A stretch of DNA of 64,000 nucleotides, taken from the NCBI GenBank assembly GCA_028534125.1, contig CM052816.1:93312001-93376000 (forward strand). The letters are read 5' to 3'. The translations under genes were made by a program, and so were the position numbers. Every line of letters starts with the position of its first letter. The first letter of the stretch is position 1. Origin of the DNA: Lama glama (lineage: Eukaryota). Positions 40,367 to 52,669 of the stretch are shown here, piece after piece. Under the pieces are notes generated by a model that searched no databases, was not told the origin of the DNA, and saw nothing but the letters and a program-made list of their open reading frames with translations.

Positions 40367-40961
40367 TTCTCTGCACTTCTTGAATTGGCAAGCACTTCTG
40401 GAGAAAGTCACAACCACATGCCAATTACTTAACCTTAAAAAATTACATTAGTAATGCAATGAGTGGTGAGGAAGAAGAGTTTAGTTTTGACTGAAATGCA
40501 AATTTGGATGAGCAATCCTTTATTAGTATCTTACTGCTTCTCTGTTTTAAAAATAACATCCCATGTAGTGATGGCTTCAAAACTTTCTATTTTTTTGCAA
40601 GAAACCAACCCCATCATTCCCTAAGACGATTTCACTTTCTACTTTATCAAAAATTTAAAACCGTTTAATTTAGTCTCTCTCAACTGTCCTTTTCGCATCT
40701 CAGGCTTTCCCCCTATATTTCCTTTTATGTTCTTCAGTTTAGAAGTGACTGTCTATCATTTTAAGGGCAGCCCATTTCTCTGTGCCTGTCCTTCTGTCCT
40801 GCTGCATGTTTGGGGGACCTCATTTCCTGTTAGCTCCCTTCCCTTTTGCTTCTTCCCCTTTGCCTATAAAAATGTCAGAATTTTAAAATGTCCCTTAAAT
40901 TCTTCTGTCTTCTCAAAAGAACCTCTTCTTGTTCAATGACAAATTCCCCAAGGTTATTCTA

Positions 40962-42903
40962 GTTTATTTTTTTAAATTGAAGTACACTCAGTTTACAATA
41001 TTGTGTCAATTTCTGGTGTACAGCATAATGTTTCAGTCATATATGTACACACTCATATTCCTTTTCATATTCTTTTTTATTATAGGTTACTATAAGATAT
41101 GGAATATAGTTCCCTGTGTTATACTACAGGACCTAGCTGTTTATCTATTTTATATATATAGTAGTTGGTATCTGGTAATCCCGAACTCCTAGTTTATCCC
41201 TCCTCTCTAACCCCTTTCCCTTTGGTAATCATAAGTTTGTTTTCTATGTCTGTGAGTCTGTTTCTGTTTTATAAATAAGTTCATTTGTGTCATTTTTAAA
41301 GATTCTACATGTAAGTGATATCATATGATATTTGTCTTTCTCTGTCTGACTTACTTCACTTAGTATGATAATCTCTAGGTCCATCCATAATGTTTCAAAT
41401 GGCATTATTTCATTCTTTTTTATGGCTCAGTAGTATTCCATTGTTTTATATATCTATATCTATATGTATATGTATGTCTATATCTATATCTATATCTATC
41501 TATCTCACAACTTCTTTATCCAATCATCTGTTAATGGATATTTAGGTTGCTTCTACATCTTGGCTATTGTAAATAATGCTGCTATGAACATTGGGGTGCA
41601 GGTGTCTTTTCAAATTAAAGCTTCCTCCAGATACATGCCCAGGAGTGGGATTGCTGGATCATAGGGTAAGTTTATTTTTAGTTTTTAAAGCAGTCTCCAT
41701 ACTATTTTGCATAATGGCTGCACCAAACTACATTCTCACCAATGGTGTAGGAGGGTTCCCTCTTCTCCACATCCTCTCCAGTATTTATTGTTAGTGGACT
41801 TTTTAATGATGACCATTCTGACTGGTGTGAGGTGATACCTTATTGTAGTTTTGATTTACATTTTTCTGATAATTAGCTATATTGAGTATTTTTTTCATGT
41901 ACTTATCAGCCATTTGTATCTCTTCATTGGAGAATTGCTTGTTTAGGTCTTCTGCCCATTTTTGGATTGGGTTGTTTGTTGTTTTGTTGTTAAGTTGTAT
42001 GAGCTGTTTATGTATTCTGGAAATTAAGCCCTTGTCAGTCACATCATTTGCAAATATTTTCTCCCATTCTGTAGGTTGTCTTTTTGTTTTGCTCATGGTC
42101 TCCTTTGCTGTGCAAAAGCTTATAAGTTTAATTAAGTGCTATTTATTTTATCTTTGCTTTTATTTCTATTGCCTAGGTAGATTGCCCTGGGAGAACAATT
42201 CTAAGATTTATGTCAGAGAATATTTTGCCTATGTTTTCCTCTAAGAGTTTTACAGTGTCTTGTCTTATGTTTAAGTCTTTAAGTCTTTTGGAGTTTATTT
42301 TTGTATAGGATGTGAGGTTGTATTCTAACTTCACTGATAAACATGTGGCTGTCCTGCTTTCCCAACACCATTTGCTGCATAAACTGTCTTTTTTTCCATT
42401 GTATATTCTTGTCTCATTTGTTGAAGAATAATTGACTGTAGGTGTGTGGGTTTATTTCTGGGTTCTCAGTTCTGTTCCACTGATCCGCATGTCTGTTTTT
42501 CTGCCACTACCACACTGTTTCCATTACTGTAGCTCTGTAGTATTGTCTGAAGTCTGGGAGGGTTATGCCTTGAGCCTTGTTCTTTTTCTTCAGTATTGCT
42601 TTGGTCATTCTGGATCTTTTTTGATTCTATATAAATTTCAGGATCATTTGCTCTAGTTCTGTGAAAAATCTCCTGGGTAATTTGATAGGGATCATATTAA
42701 ATCTGTAGATTGCTTTGGGTAGAATGGACATTTAAACAATATTAGTTCTTCCAATCCAAGAGCATAGGTATCTTTCCATTTCTTTAAATCATCTCTAACT
42801 TCCTTAAACAGTGTTTTGTAGTTCTCTGCATGTAAGTTTTTTACCTCCTTGGTCAGATTTATTCCTAAGTATTTTATTTTATTTATTTTTTGATGCAATT
42901 TTA
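40962..42903 (-). mobile_element. 5'-truncated LINE-1 (ORF2 C-terminal part + 3'UTR)
   Basis: Minus ORFs [25 protein letters not shown] and IKYLGINLTKEVKNL..ENYKTL are L1 ORF2. TSD cccaaggttattcta (40947-40961) / cccaagattattcta (42904-42918). Confidence 0.95.
41447..41503. repeat. (TATATC)n-like microsatellite inside L1 3'UTR
   Basis: tatatctatatctatatgtatatgtatgtctatatctatatctatatctatctatct. Confidence 0.9.
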
Positions 42904-42919
42904 CCCAAGATTATTCTAT

Positions 42920-43830
42920 ACTTGTTGCCTCCACTTTTTAACAGTTAATTCAATCTCCAACCTTTGGAATTTGGGCTTGGTTTCAACACTCTATGGAAAA
43001 ATCTCTGGTGATGGATATTTTCCTGAAGCTATATTTAGTAATCCCTTTCTTAACTTGTCTTCAGCTTTTGATTCTAATGACTACATCTTATTAAAGTCCT
43101 GTCTTTTCATGGATTTCCACTTTCTTGAGTTTTCTTGACAGTTGCAAGGGTCTATTTCTCCCTTTTTCTCAGTCATTTTCTATTGTTGAATACTTTCTTT
43201 CCTCATTATTTTTTGGGGATGGGAATAATTAGGTTTATTTACTTATTTATTTCTAATAGAGGTACTGGGGATGAACCCAGGACCTTGTGCATGCCAGGCA
43301 GGCATTCTACCACTGAGCTATATACCCTTCTTCCTGTTGAATACTTTCTAATGTTAGTCTTATGACTACTATGGGTTCAACAATGGCCTTTGTGCAGATG
43401 ATGCTGGACCTCAGTTTGAATTCAGAGTCTCATTCTCTAATTTCCTGATGCTCATATCTACCTAATATTGCAGCAGTGCCGAAAGAGCCTCATGCTGGAT
43501 TATCTCCTTTCCCCTTTAAACACACTCCTTCTGAATTCTGATTTCTATAATTGACCAAACCTCTCTTCCAGTTCTCAAGTCTTTTTTTTTTTTTCGTATT
43601 CACATTCATTCGGTTCCTATTGATCTACTTCCACCATGACTCTTGAGACATTCTTCCTAATTTTACTCCCACTACAACTGCCCTAGTTCAGACCTCACTT
43701 GTCTATAGACTTAGATAATTTAATAGCGGCTTCTCAAAGCTCTCTCCTTCAGTGCCTTCAAACTTCAGTCTCACCTGCACACACTAGATGAATCCCCCTA
43801 AAACAAAACTCTCCTTGTGCTGTAACTTGA
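42920..43830 (+). mobile_element. LINE-2 fragments interrupted by the SINE
   Basis: cagcttttgattctaatgactac.., gcagatgatg.., ccctagttcagacctc. Confidence 0.55.
43199..43334 (-). mobile_element. Vic-1-type camelid tRNA-derived SINE
   Basis: Minus strand ggaagaagggtatatagctcagtggtagaatgcctgcctggcatgcacaaggtcctgggttcatccccagtacctc has Pol III A/B boxes and an aataaacctaatta tail. Perfect 15-bp TSD tgttgaatactttct at 43184-43198 and 43335-43349. Confidence 0.9.
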
Positions 43831-45009
43831 TGTTAAAACTGAGGCTTCAGCAAGGCTTTTAGGCCATAAGCAGATTTTCAAAGGCAACATCAGAGAATCA
43901 GCTTTACTACTCAGAAATTCTTCACTCATAAGGAAGGTTTTGATGAGTTACTGAAGTTACGAGATGATTCTGAGGATATTATTGGAGAGAGATGAACTGT
44001 GAATTCCACCTTCCTTCGATGGGAGGGATGGGGAGATCTTCAAGACTAAAGAACAGTACTTCAATGGGGTCACGAAGAGTCCTTGCTACACATTCCCTGC
44101 AGTTGGAGGACATAGCAGGATGGTGCCTGACTCCTGCTGAGGAAGCTAAAGAAGTTTATTTCTACAGAATAGATGACACTTCCCCTCTGAGCAGGAGTGT
44201 CAGCCTGGAGTGGTTTGAAAGGGGTTCTGCCCAAGGGAACAAATATGAGAGTGGGGACTCAAGTGAAATGTTGTGGAGTATAGAGACTGACTGGGGAGGG
44301 GGAGAAGCTAGCTGAAAGTGAGGTCCAGCTCCTGTCAAAGATGCTACAGGCAGAGGGGCCCACAGGAGACTCTGGAGAAAGTGCTCTGAGAAGAGTCATT
44401 TTTAAGTAGCTGTTAGGTCCAGAAATACTTGAACCATCTCATGATAGTACTAGACAAGGATGGATTCTTCCAGTCATCAAGACTTTTTTTATACCCCCAC
44501 CCTCTCCAACCCTACAGGATCAGAACTATGAGCTAGTATGTGGGGGCAGAGGTCCACAGGGTAGAGAGACGTGTCAGTCACATGCTAGCCCCAGGGACCA
44601 GACAGCCCCTTCTGCATCTAGAGAGGAGGGTGGAATATTACATCTGAATGAAGGTTGAAGGGTTGATCAATGTATTAGTCTGAAGATTTTAATCACTGAA
44701 TTAAGATTGTGTCTGGGACAACGCAGTCATTTCTATTAAGAGTGAATAAAAATGTTATAAGATTCATCAGAGTCTTCTTTCTAGAGAAGGACAGACTAGT
44801 TGAGCAGCTCTAGAGAGATGGAGAGAGATCCCTTAAGAAAGAAAAAAGAAGTTACTTTTATGATGATGAGTCCTATGTGTGTGGTGAACTGGCTGTCATC
44901 GCCTACGTTTTCCCAGTATCTACTGAAATAGAACAGCCTTTGCATGGTGGTTCCTGAGCACTCTCCTTTCTCCTCAGTGTTCACTTAGTTCATATTTTAC
45001 TAAAGAAGC

Positions 45010-45175
45010 AAAGATCTGAATGCGACTCCTGCTACTCACTAACCATGAATTTTTGGACAGATTATATAATCTCATGAGACTTCATTTCCTTATCAGGAAA
45101 ATTGACTATAATGTGTATTCCATAAGTTTATTATGAGGATTAAATGAGAAGAAATGTATCTAAAACACCTGACAT
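45010..45175 (+). mobile_element. MIR SINE
   Basis: cttcatttccttatcaggaaaattg...ttattatgaggattaaatgag. Confidence 0.8.
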
Positions 45176-45176
45176 T

Positions 45177-45695
45177 ATATATTAGTTATCTACTGCTATA
45201 TAATCAATTGGCTTAAAATTTAGCAGCTTAAAATAATGCACATTTATTATCTCACCTTTTCTATGAGTGAGAAATCCAGCTGCAGCTCACCTCAGTGCTA
45301 TGGGTCTCTCACATGACTGCATAAAGTGCCAATTGGAGCTGCAGTCACCTCACGGCTGGGCTGGGTGAGGATCCACTTCCAAGTTCCCTCCTGTGAATCA
45401 GGCCTTTGCTTGATGTTGTCTGGAGCCATCAGTTCCTTGTCATGGGGTCCTCCCATAGGACAGCTCACAATGTGTTAGCTGGCTTTTCTCAGAGTGATTG
45501 AAGGAGTGAGCAAGATGGAAGCCACAGTGTTCTTGTACCCTAAACTTGGAAGACCTATCTCATCACATTTGTAGTATTTTACTCATTAGAAGTGGGTCAT
45601 TATGTCCCGCCAACAAGCAAAATAAAGCAATTGCACAAAGCGTGAATATCAAGAGGTGGGGATCATGTGGGCCATGTTGGAGGCTGCCTACCACA
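45177..45695 (-). mobile_element. MLT1F-like MaLR LTR
   Basis: tattagttatctactgct...aaaatttagcagcttaaaataa...catttattatctcac...ggctgcctaccaca. Confidence 0.85.
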
Positions 45696-45789
45696 CACAG
45701 CTTCTACAATAAATACTGTTTCCTCCTTCACATGCCCTGTGTCAACACTCAGTTTTAATGCTGATACTACAATATTCATCAATGACGTT

Positions 45790-46360
45790 TTAAAATTTGC
45801 ATATCCTTAAAGTTCACTGCTCAGTGCTGTTGAAGTCTATGCGTTTTGACAAATACATAAAGCCGTAGATACATTACAGGATTATGTAAGCTCTTTTCAC
45901 CACCTAAAAAAAATCTCCTGTGCTTCACTTATTCAGTTCTTCCATCCTCCCCTCAAATCCCTGGAAACCACTGATCTTTTACCATCTCTATAACTTTGCC
46001 TTTTGCAGAACATCACGTGATTGGAATCATAGACCTTTCAGACTGAATTATTTCACATAGCAAAATGCATTTAATATTCACCCATATCTGTTCATATCTT
46101 CACAGATCATTTGTTTTTATAACTGAATAATATTTCATCAAACTGAATAATACTCCATTATATGGATGTACCAGAGTTTGTCTATTCACCCATTAAAGGA
46201 CATTTTGTTTGATTCCAGTTTTTGGTGATTATGAATAAAACTGCTATAAACATTCATGTTTAGATTTTTGTTTTCTACTCATTTAAGTAAATACTGTAAC
46301 TAAGAGTGTAATTGCTGGATCATATGGTAAGACTAGTTTAGCTTTGTAGGAAACTAACAC
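45790..46360 (-). mobile_element. Old L1M 3' region
   Basis: ctggaaaccactgatct...gattatgaataaaactgctataaacattcatg...attgctggatcatatggtaag. Confidence 0.8.
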
Positions 46361-46480
46361 CAAATGAGCCTCCATCTCTGGGAAATAAAACAAAATAAAA
46401 AAAGACAAAATATAAAATTCTTCCTCATTTACAGTCTCCTACAATGACAGTCATGAGTAAAAATCTCAATCTGATTTGTG

Positions 46481-46653
46481 TTTTTTTTAAATCTATTTTT
46501 TATTATTTTTTAGGGTAAACAAAGTTTATTCTAGGAAAAGCAACTCATTGAGAGAGAAAATCATTTTAAAATTTGCATACATGTATTGTTCATTGTTTCT
46601 AAGAACAGTTTAGAGCTTTAGCTTTTTAAACTTACATAGTTATCAAAGGAATG
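46481..46653 (-). pseudogene. PTGES3: Second retroposed 3'UTR fragment (PTGES3-like segment fused to a different 3' end)
   Basis: 46590-46652 matches 25764-25826 at 58/63 nt. Minus-strand AATAAA at 46525-46530 followed by an A-rich tail (T-rich 46481-46511). Confidence 0.55.
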
Positions 46654-48477
46654 TGTGTCTTTGGCAGGTGACTTGTATGAACAGGAACTCAGTTGTCTTC
46701 TCCAGTAAAACAAAATGTTTCCACAGTGAGATAAGAAGGTCCTATTGTTGGTAGGCAGTTAGCATCCAAAGAACTTAAAGAAACAAATTTACATGGGCTA
46801 GTTTTACCTGCAATTATGTTTCGTTCTAATTGACTGCTATCTGTATGTGTTAGGTAATTTGATAATGATAACTTATTCAGGAAAATCTTTTCTTTTTTAG
46901 CATATACTATTTTATTGAAACAAAGTAGAAGGTTTAAAGAGGCAGCACTTATGGATTAGTATCCCAGTAAATAAGACAATGTATTGTTGCCAAGAATCTG
47001 AATTCAGAGCACTACACCCACACAAAACACAGACATATTCACATCCTTAGACAGATGTATACTTGGCTAATTTGATGAGTGGTGCAAATGAGGACCAGAC
47101 TACTGCGTCTACTGTTTTCTGTGGAAGTAGATATTAGGCAACATAAAAAATAACTGGTAATCATGCATCAAGGCTCTATAATCACAATCAAGAAGTAAGA
47201 ATTTTAGGTATTTTTCTGCTGTGGCAATGAGTAATTCTAAGCAAATTCACTGGAAAAATGAATACCTTACCCACAACCATACTGTTTCCAGTTTTGCGGT
47301 CTCTGTATCCTGGTTTGGTGATAGCGTGGCACTGCAGACATCTGCCGACCTAGCTCACTGTTAGACACATAGAGCCTTTCAATCTACAAGAAAACATACT
47401 ATTTCCACTGAAATATCACGGTGACCATCCGCACAGCTTTCTTGCACATTTTTGGCAGATCCCCTCCTTCATGAACTCCTGCAGCAAACTCTTACTTACT
47501 CAAAACCATCAGGATCAAGTCTCCTGTTATTTGACAATCAGCTCATTGAGCTTCAAGTGTCCTTCTATAAACTATGATCATATTCTGATTTATGGGTGAG
47601 ATTACTTCAGAGCTTCCAATGAAAAGGAGGGCACAGGGGTGGTGATTGGATTTCTGCTGATATGTTATTCAGCTATAGGCCTCACATTGATCCTGGCAGG
47701 GCTCCTATTGTATCTTCAGATGGATGTGTGCTTCAGGAGTTGAAAAGTGCCTCTGTCATAAGGCAAAACAGAGCTCCAAGACTGGCTGAGAAGTGAACAT
47801 TTGGGTCAATGTGACACAGAGAATAGAAGTTTAAACACACTCTTGTCAAATGCATGTTTTCATGAATTGACTGTGTACTTTCCACAGTTTTTTTTTAAAG
47901 TTGTTTTTCCTAGAATTTCCTTCTTAGGAAGCACTTGGGGCTTCATTTTAACAGATGAAACCAAGAAGTAACTTTAAGCTTTACTTAAGAATTTAGCATT
48001 TCTCTTTTTTAGTTGATCAAGAGCAATGACCCATTATTATATAAAATACTAAAATTCAGAGATAAAATTGGTAGGTTTGAAATTTAGTAAATAATGTCAG
48101 CTTTAGTCAAATTCCATTAAAATGTATAATAGTTTAATTATGAATCAGTCTGGGATACATTAAGATTAGCTTGGGATTCTGTGATCAAAAACTATCAAGC
48201 TTTTAGGTTGATGGCTAGAGGACTATAGAACTATAATACATTCATTAATTTCCTAGGCTGAGCCAGACACACATTATCACTCAGAAATGAATAAATCAAA
48301 GTTGATTTGCATGGGAAACTCATAAAGTTGCATGAGAGACAGAGTGGGTATTGAGTGCCAAAGTGCAGGATACAGGGTATTAAGCAAATAAAGATGAGAA
48401 ACCCAGAATAGACATAAGGCCAGAAGAATGTCTAAAAGCAGGTCATGCTGAAGATGGTTTCTTAAAGAAAATGTGGA

Positions 48478-48983
48478 TGTGGTAAGTAAAATAATGATTT
48501 CTCAAAAATGTCCACATTTTAATCCCTGGAACCTGTTAATAGGTTATGTTATATGGCAAAATGGACTTTGTACAAAAAATTTAAATTAAGGCTATTGAGG
48601 TGGGGAGGTTATCCTGGATTATATGGGTGAGTCCAATGTTATCTCAAGGTCCTTACAATTGAAAGAGTGAGGTAGGACAATCACACAAGGAAATGTGATG
48701 ATGGAATCAGAGGACAGAGAGATGTTATCGCTGAATTTGAAATTGAAAGGAGGCCATGAGCCAAGGAATGTAGTAGGCAGCCTCCAGAAGCTGGAAAAGG
48801 TTAGAAGTGAATTCTCTCCTGGAGCCTCCAGAAAGAATGCAGCTCTGCCGACCCCTTGATTTGAGCCTTATAAGACCTATTTTGGACTTCTGACCTCCAG
48901 AACTTCAAGATAATAAATTTGTGTTGTTTTAAGCCATTAAGTTTGCTGTAATTTCTTACAGGAGCAATAGAAAATGAACCAGA
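48478..48983 (+). mobile_element. MLT1D-like MaLR LTR
   Basis: tgtggtaag..aataatg...taatccctggaacctgt...gagccaaggaatg...ggacttctgacctccagaact...gttttaagcc...gcaatagaaaatgaa. Confidence 0.9.
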
Positions 48984-49520
48984 TAGAAGTTAGATTGTCT
49001 CAACTGGTGGTGGGAAAGGGTGGTAAGGGAGGAGGTATGAAGGAAAGATATTTCAGGGGAGAAAACATAAATTGGAATGGACAGAAGGATGAGAGAGTAT
49101 GTAGTGTTTGGGGAATTTAAAATTGGCCAATGTGTCTATAAGAAAGAGGGAGTGTAGCAATATATTCAAAAGCTTGCTTCAAGAATAGATAAGGCCACAG
49201 CTGAAGAGAGGTGCAGAGGCACTGTTCTTGTCCGGGAAGTGGAGGAAACCATTAAAGTGGTGAAGTAGCACATTTCAGATAAATCAGTGATGGTTCAACC
49301 AATGCTGTGCATATAAGAGCAGTGACAGGAAGAATCAGTTGTGAGGATCTGAGATAGCCAGGTGTGAAGCAGTAGTAGTGGGAATCCAGGGAGAGAATGG
49401 CTTTGAATAAAGTTGCAGAAATGAAAGTGATAAAGTTGTCCACCATTTGGCTACAATGGGAGGGAGATACAGGTATCTTGTATGATGTTGAGTTTTGGAA
49501 TTGGATGAATTAGCATCATT

Positions 49521-50092
49521 AACTAAAGGAGGGTCAAATGGTACTTGTAAATGCCTGGCATCCAGTTGCTTTATTCTAGTAGAAGCTCTGATTTTCATCT
49601 GAGGTTCTGGACCTCCTTCCTTAACTCTCAGTCCTTGAGAGTCCCTAGGAAGCCTACAAAGAGTGAGAGTCAGGTCCAAACAGAGCAGCCAATGCATCTT
49701 TCTGGCCAACATGATTGATGTAGTGTTGGGCGTGTGACCTAATCTGAGTGCCTCTCGGAACTTTGGTGGGGATACTGGGAAAAGATTGAAAACAGAAGCT
49801 GCAGAGTTCTGCACTCTTTTTTCTGCTTGATTAGAACCTGCAAGCTTGTAGATTGGGGACATGATGCTAGTCATCTTGTGGTCACAAACGACTATCAATC
49901 TGAAGATAAAATTTAAAAAAATAAATGAAAAGAAACTAGCAGAACAGAGATGGAGCATGATCAGTTAGACTTGGTATCAGTGCTGGATCTTCTGTATCCA
50001 GCCAGTCCTATCCTGCAATCATAAGTTATTTTTATTTACACAATTTTGACTGGTTTTCTCTTGCTCAAAGCCAAAATAATCTTAATAAAGCA
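49521..50092 (+). mobile_element. LTR33/MLT-like old LTR
   Basis: Degenerate ERVL-type motifs (gccaatgcatctttctggcc..catgattg, gtcatcttgtggtcac). Confidence 0.5.
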
Positions 50093-52669
50093 GAGAAGAA
50101 AGTGCAGAATTAGATATTTAAGTTTAAAGACATCTATACATCATCAGAAATTTGTATAAATAGAAGACTTTTATTTGGGATTTATCAGCTTATAGATGGG
50201 ACAAAACCAGGCATATTGATTATATTCAGCAGCGAGTGAGACTAGAAGAGGTTTAAGGTCAAAAATTAAAGAACACAAAAATTTATTAGGTATGTACAGT
50301 CAGAGGAAAGAGGTAAGGACAGTGAAAAACCATTGCCAGAGAATGGAGCTAAGTTTTTAAATTTTGAAAAATGTGAGATCACATAAAGAGAAAAAACTTT
50401 AAAGGAATTTATGAAAATATGAATTAATGCTGTATGTCTTTGGGTATTGAAAATATGAAGTTTTTCTTCCCTTTCTATTTCCCAATTTTTCCTAATTTTC
50501 TATGGTTATTGCTTCTAAAGTTAAAAAATACATCTTATTTAGAAACAAATTAAATTTAATAATATACTTTCCATGGAGTTTTCTTCCCTAGAGAAAAAGA
50601 ACTGATCAAGACTTTTTTCACATTTGCATCATTGGGAGAAGGAGCACAAATAAAAAAACCTGAAAATAGGGCACATTCTGAAAAACTTAGAGTCTCTAGA
50701 GTCCAGAGAAGTAATGAGTTAAAAGGAAAGTTTCTCTTTAAAAAAGTTTAGTGTTCAAATAGACTAATAGTCTACTGTTTTGGTGCTGTGATTGCATTTT
50801 CTCTTCTTCTTTTTTAACAGTAGACTTAAATAAATCAATGAAAATGTTACTCATGCTCCTAATATATGAATATGGTAGACTTACTGAGTAGGCTTTTTCA
50901 GACAGTTCAAATAATCATTGTTGGTAAAAAATACTTTATTTTTTTTGGCACTTCTTAAGCTCTTCTGTAGAGCATCAGTTTGAAAACCACTGATTCATGT
51001 TTCAAATGACTATTCATTTATTTCCAGTTTCATTGTACTTTATAACTATATACAGTACTTCTGTGTATGAAAAGAGACTTCTATGAAAATAAACTTAATA
51101 GAGAATAAAGAAGCAATGATATACAGAGACCAAAGAGAGCTTTGTCTGGAAGAAAACTTCAGTATAAATTATTTTTTTTAAATGATGGAACTTAATTTAA
51201 ATGTATCTCAGGAGATCAACTCCATCCCTCTGCCTCTAGACAGGTATATTTGCATCATTTTTGACATTAGACAAGATGACTAAGCTTCTTTCTTTAAAAA
51301 GACGGACAATAATTAGTATGTCAAGGCCTCCTGGGGAATCTCCTGCTGCTCTGTAATGAGGTTCTTGTAGCATTGCAGTAACTGAATTACCCTGGACAGA
51401 ACGCAAGGTGAAGTTTCCATTGTCTCTCTCATAGTGGAAGGCTTATGGTGAACTTTGTAGGTTCTTTCCCATAGGTGGGGTTTGATCCTTTCTGATGGAA
51501 TTTAAAGTAATAAACTGATCTCCCAGTGGATTTTGATTTGCAAATATCTGAACCTTAGAATTGCCGTTACAGGCTTTATCATAGTAGGCTCAAAACAAAA
51601 TGACAAAGTGACAGGAGTGTGGAGCAGGGTTCCTAGACCTCAGGTGAGAGCGCTGACTCCACACATCTCCAGACTCTATGCACTCATCGTTGGGAGATCC
51701 CAAACCCAGGAGCCGGCTGCACTGACTGCAGTCCTGGCGCTGGCCCTGGTGCTGGCGCTGGCCCTACCTCAGGCTTTAATGGAGGCCAGGGAGCTGGTTG
51801 CGGTCCTGATCAGGTCCCTGCACTCCGCCCATGGCAAAGAGGATGAGGTAAGCCCATTTAAACCTTCGTAAAAGATGTGGTGTTTGCTGTTAGTTCTGGA
51901 AAGGAGTTCCTTGGATGGGAAAGACTTCACCAGAGGGAGTGGCCAAGATGTCCTTGGATCCTGCAGATCTCACTCATGACACTACATGGGTCTCTCCAAG
52001 AGGAGGAGTTGGAGTTCCCAAAATAATGTCACCAGAGTACAAAGCCAAACATTCTATCATCAGTTTCACAGCCTGAATAATTCTTAGCTAGATGGCAGCC
52101 CAAACCTTGACTTGAAGGCCCAGAGAACTGCCCCATTTTGACATAAAGAATGATTTCTCCTGTCTCATCTGCAGGTGCAGGTAGGGTAGGAAGACACTGA
52201 GGTGCTAAATATTCTCCTGCAGAATAGGTTGCCTGAAGCCTTTGAATGACGCAAATATGAATAAAACACAGAATTAACCTAGAAAAGAAAAATTAAATGA
52301 CAACAAAAACCCTTTTACAAGCCAACTATTCAAGCCCTTAATTTTAATCAGTTATCTCATTTTAACCTGCTCACTATTGACAATAATGCAAATGCTTAAA
52401 CTTAAGTTTGGAATACTAATATTTTGAAACATATTTCTAAATTGAGTTTTACATTTTAATAATTACTCTGTCTTACTCTTTCCCCTCCAACTTTTATAAA
52501 AGATCAAAAACACTGTCTAGAATCTGATCAGTTTTCATAATAGAAGACTGATGGTTTAAATGTCTAAGGCAGTAGGACCCAGAACACAAATAATACATGG
52601 GGCATATAATAAGCAATTCTTTATTAATAATATTTTTCTTATTTATTTAATCTAAACCCTATAATGATA

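Noticed and set aside
41803..42898. Intact L1 ORF2
   Set aside because: 5'-truncated and broken by frameshifts and stops.
43821..44790. Possible ancient Gypsy-type or ERV LTR; similar uncertainty at 29920-30620 and for an L1 5' remnant at 14620-15320
   Set aside because: Repeat-like texture, but I could not fix termini or family.
49335..49958. 207-aa minus ORF
   Set aside because: Overlaps decayed LTR-like sequence and has no recognisable domain.
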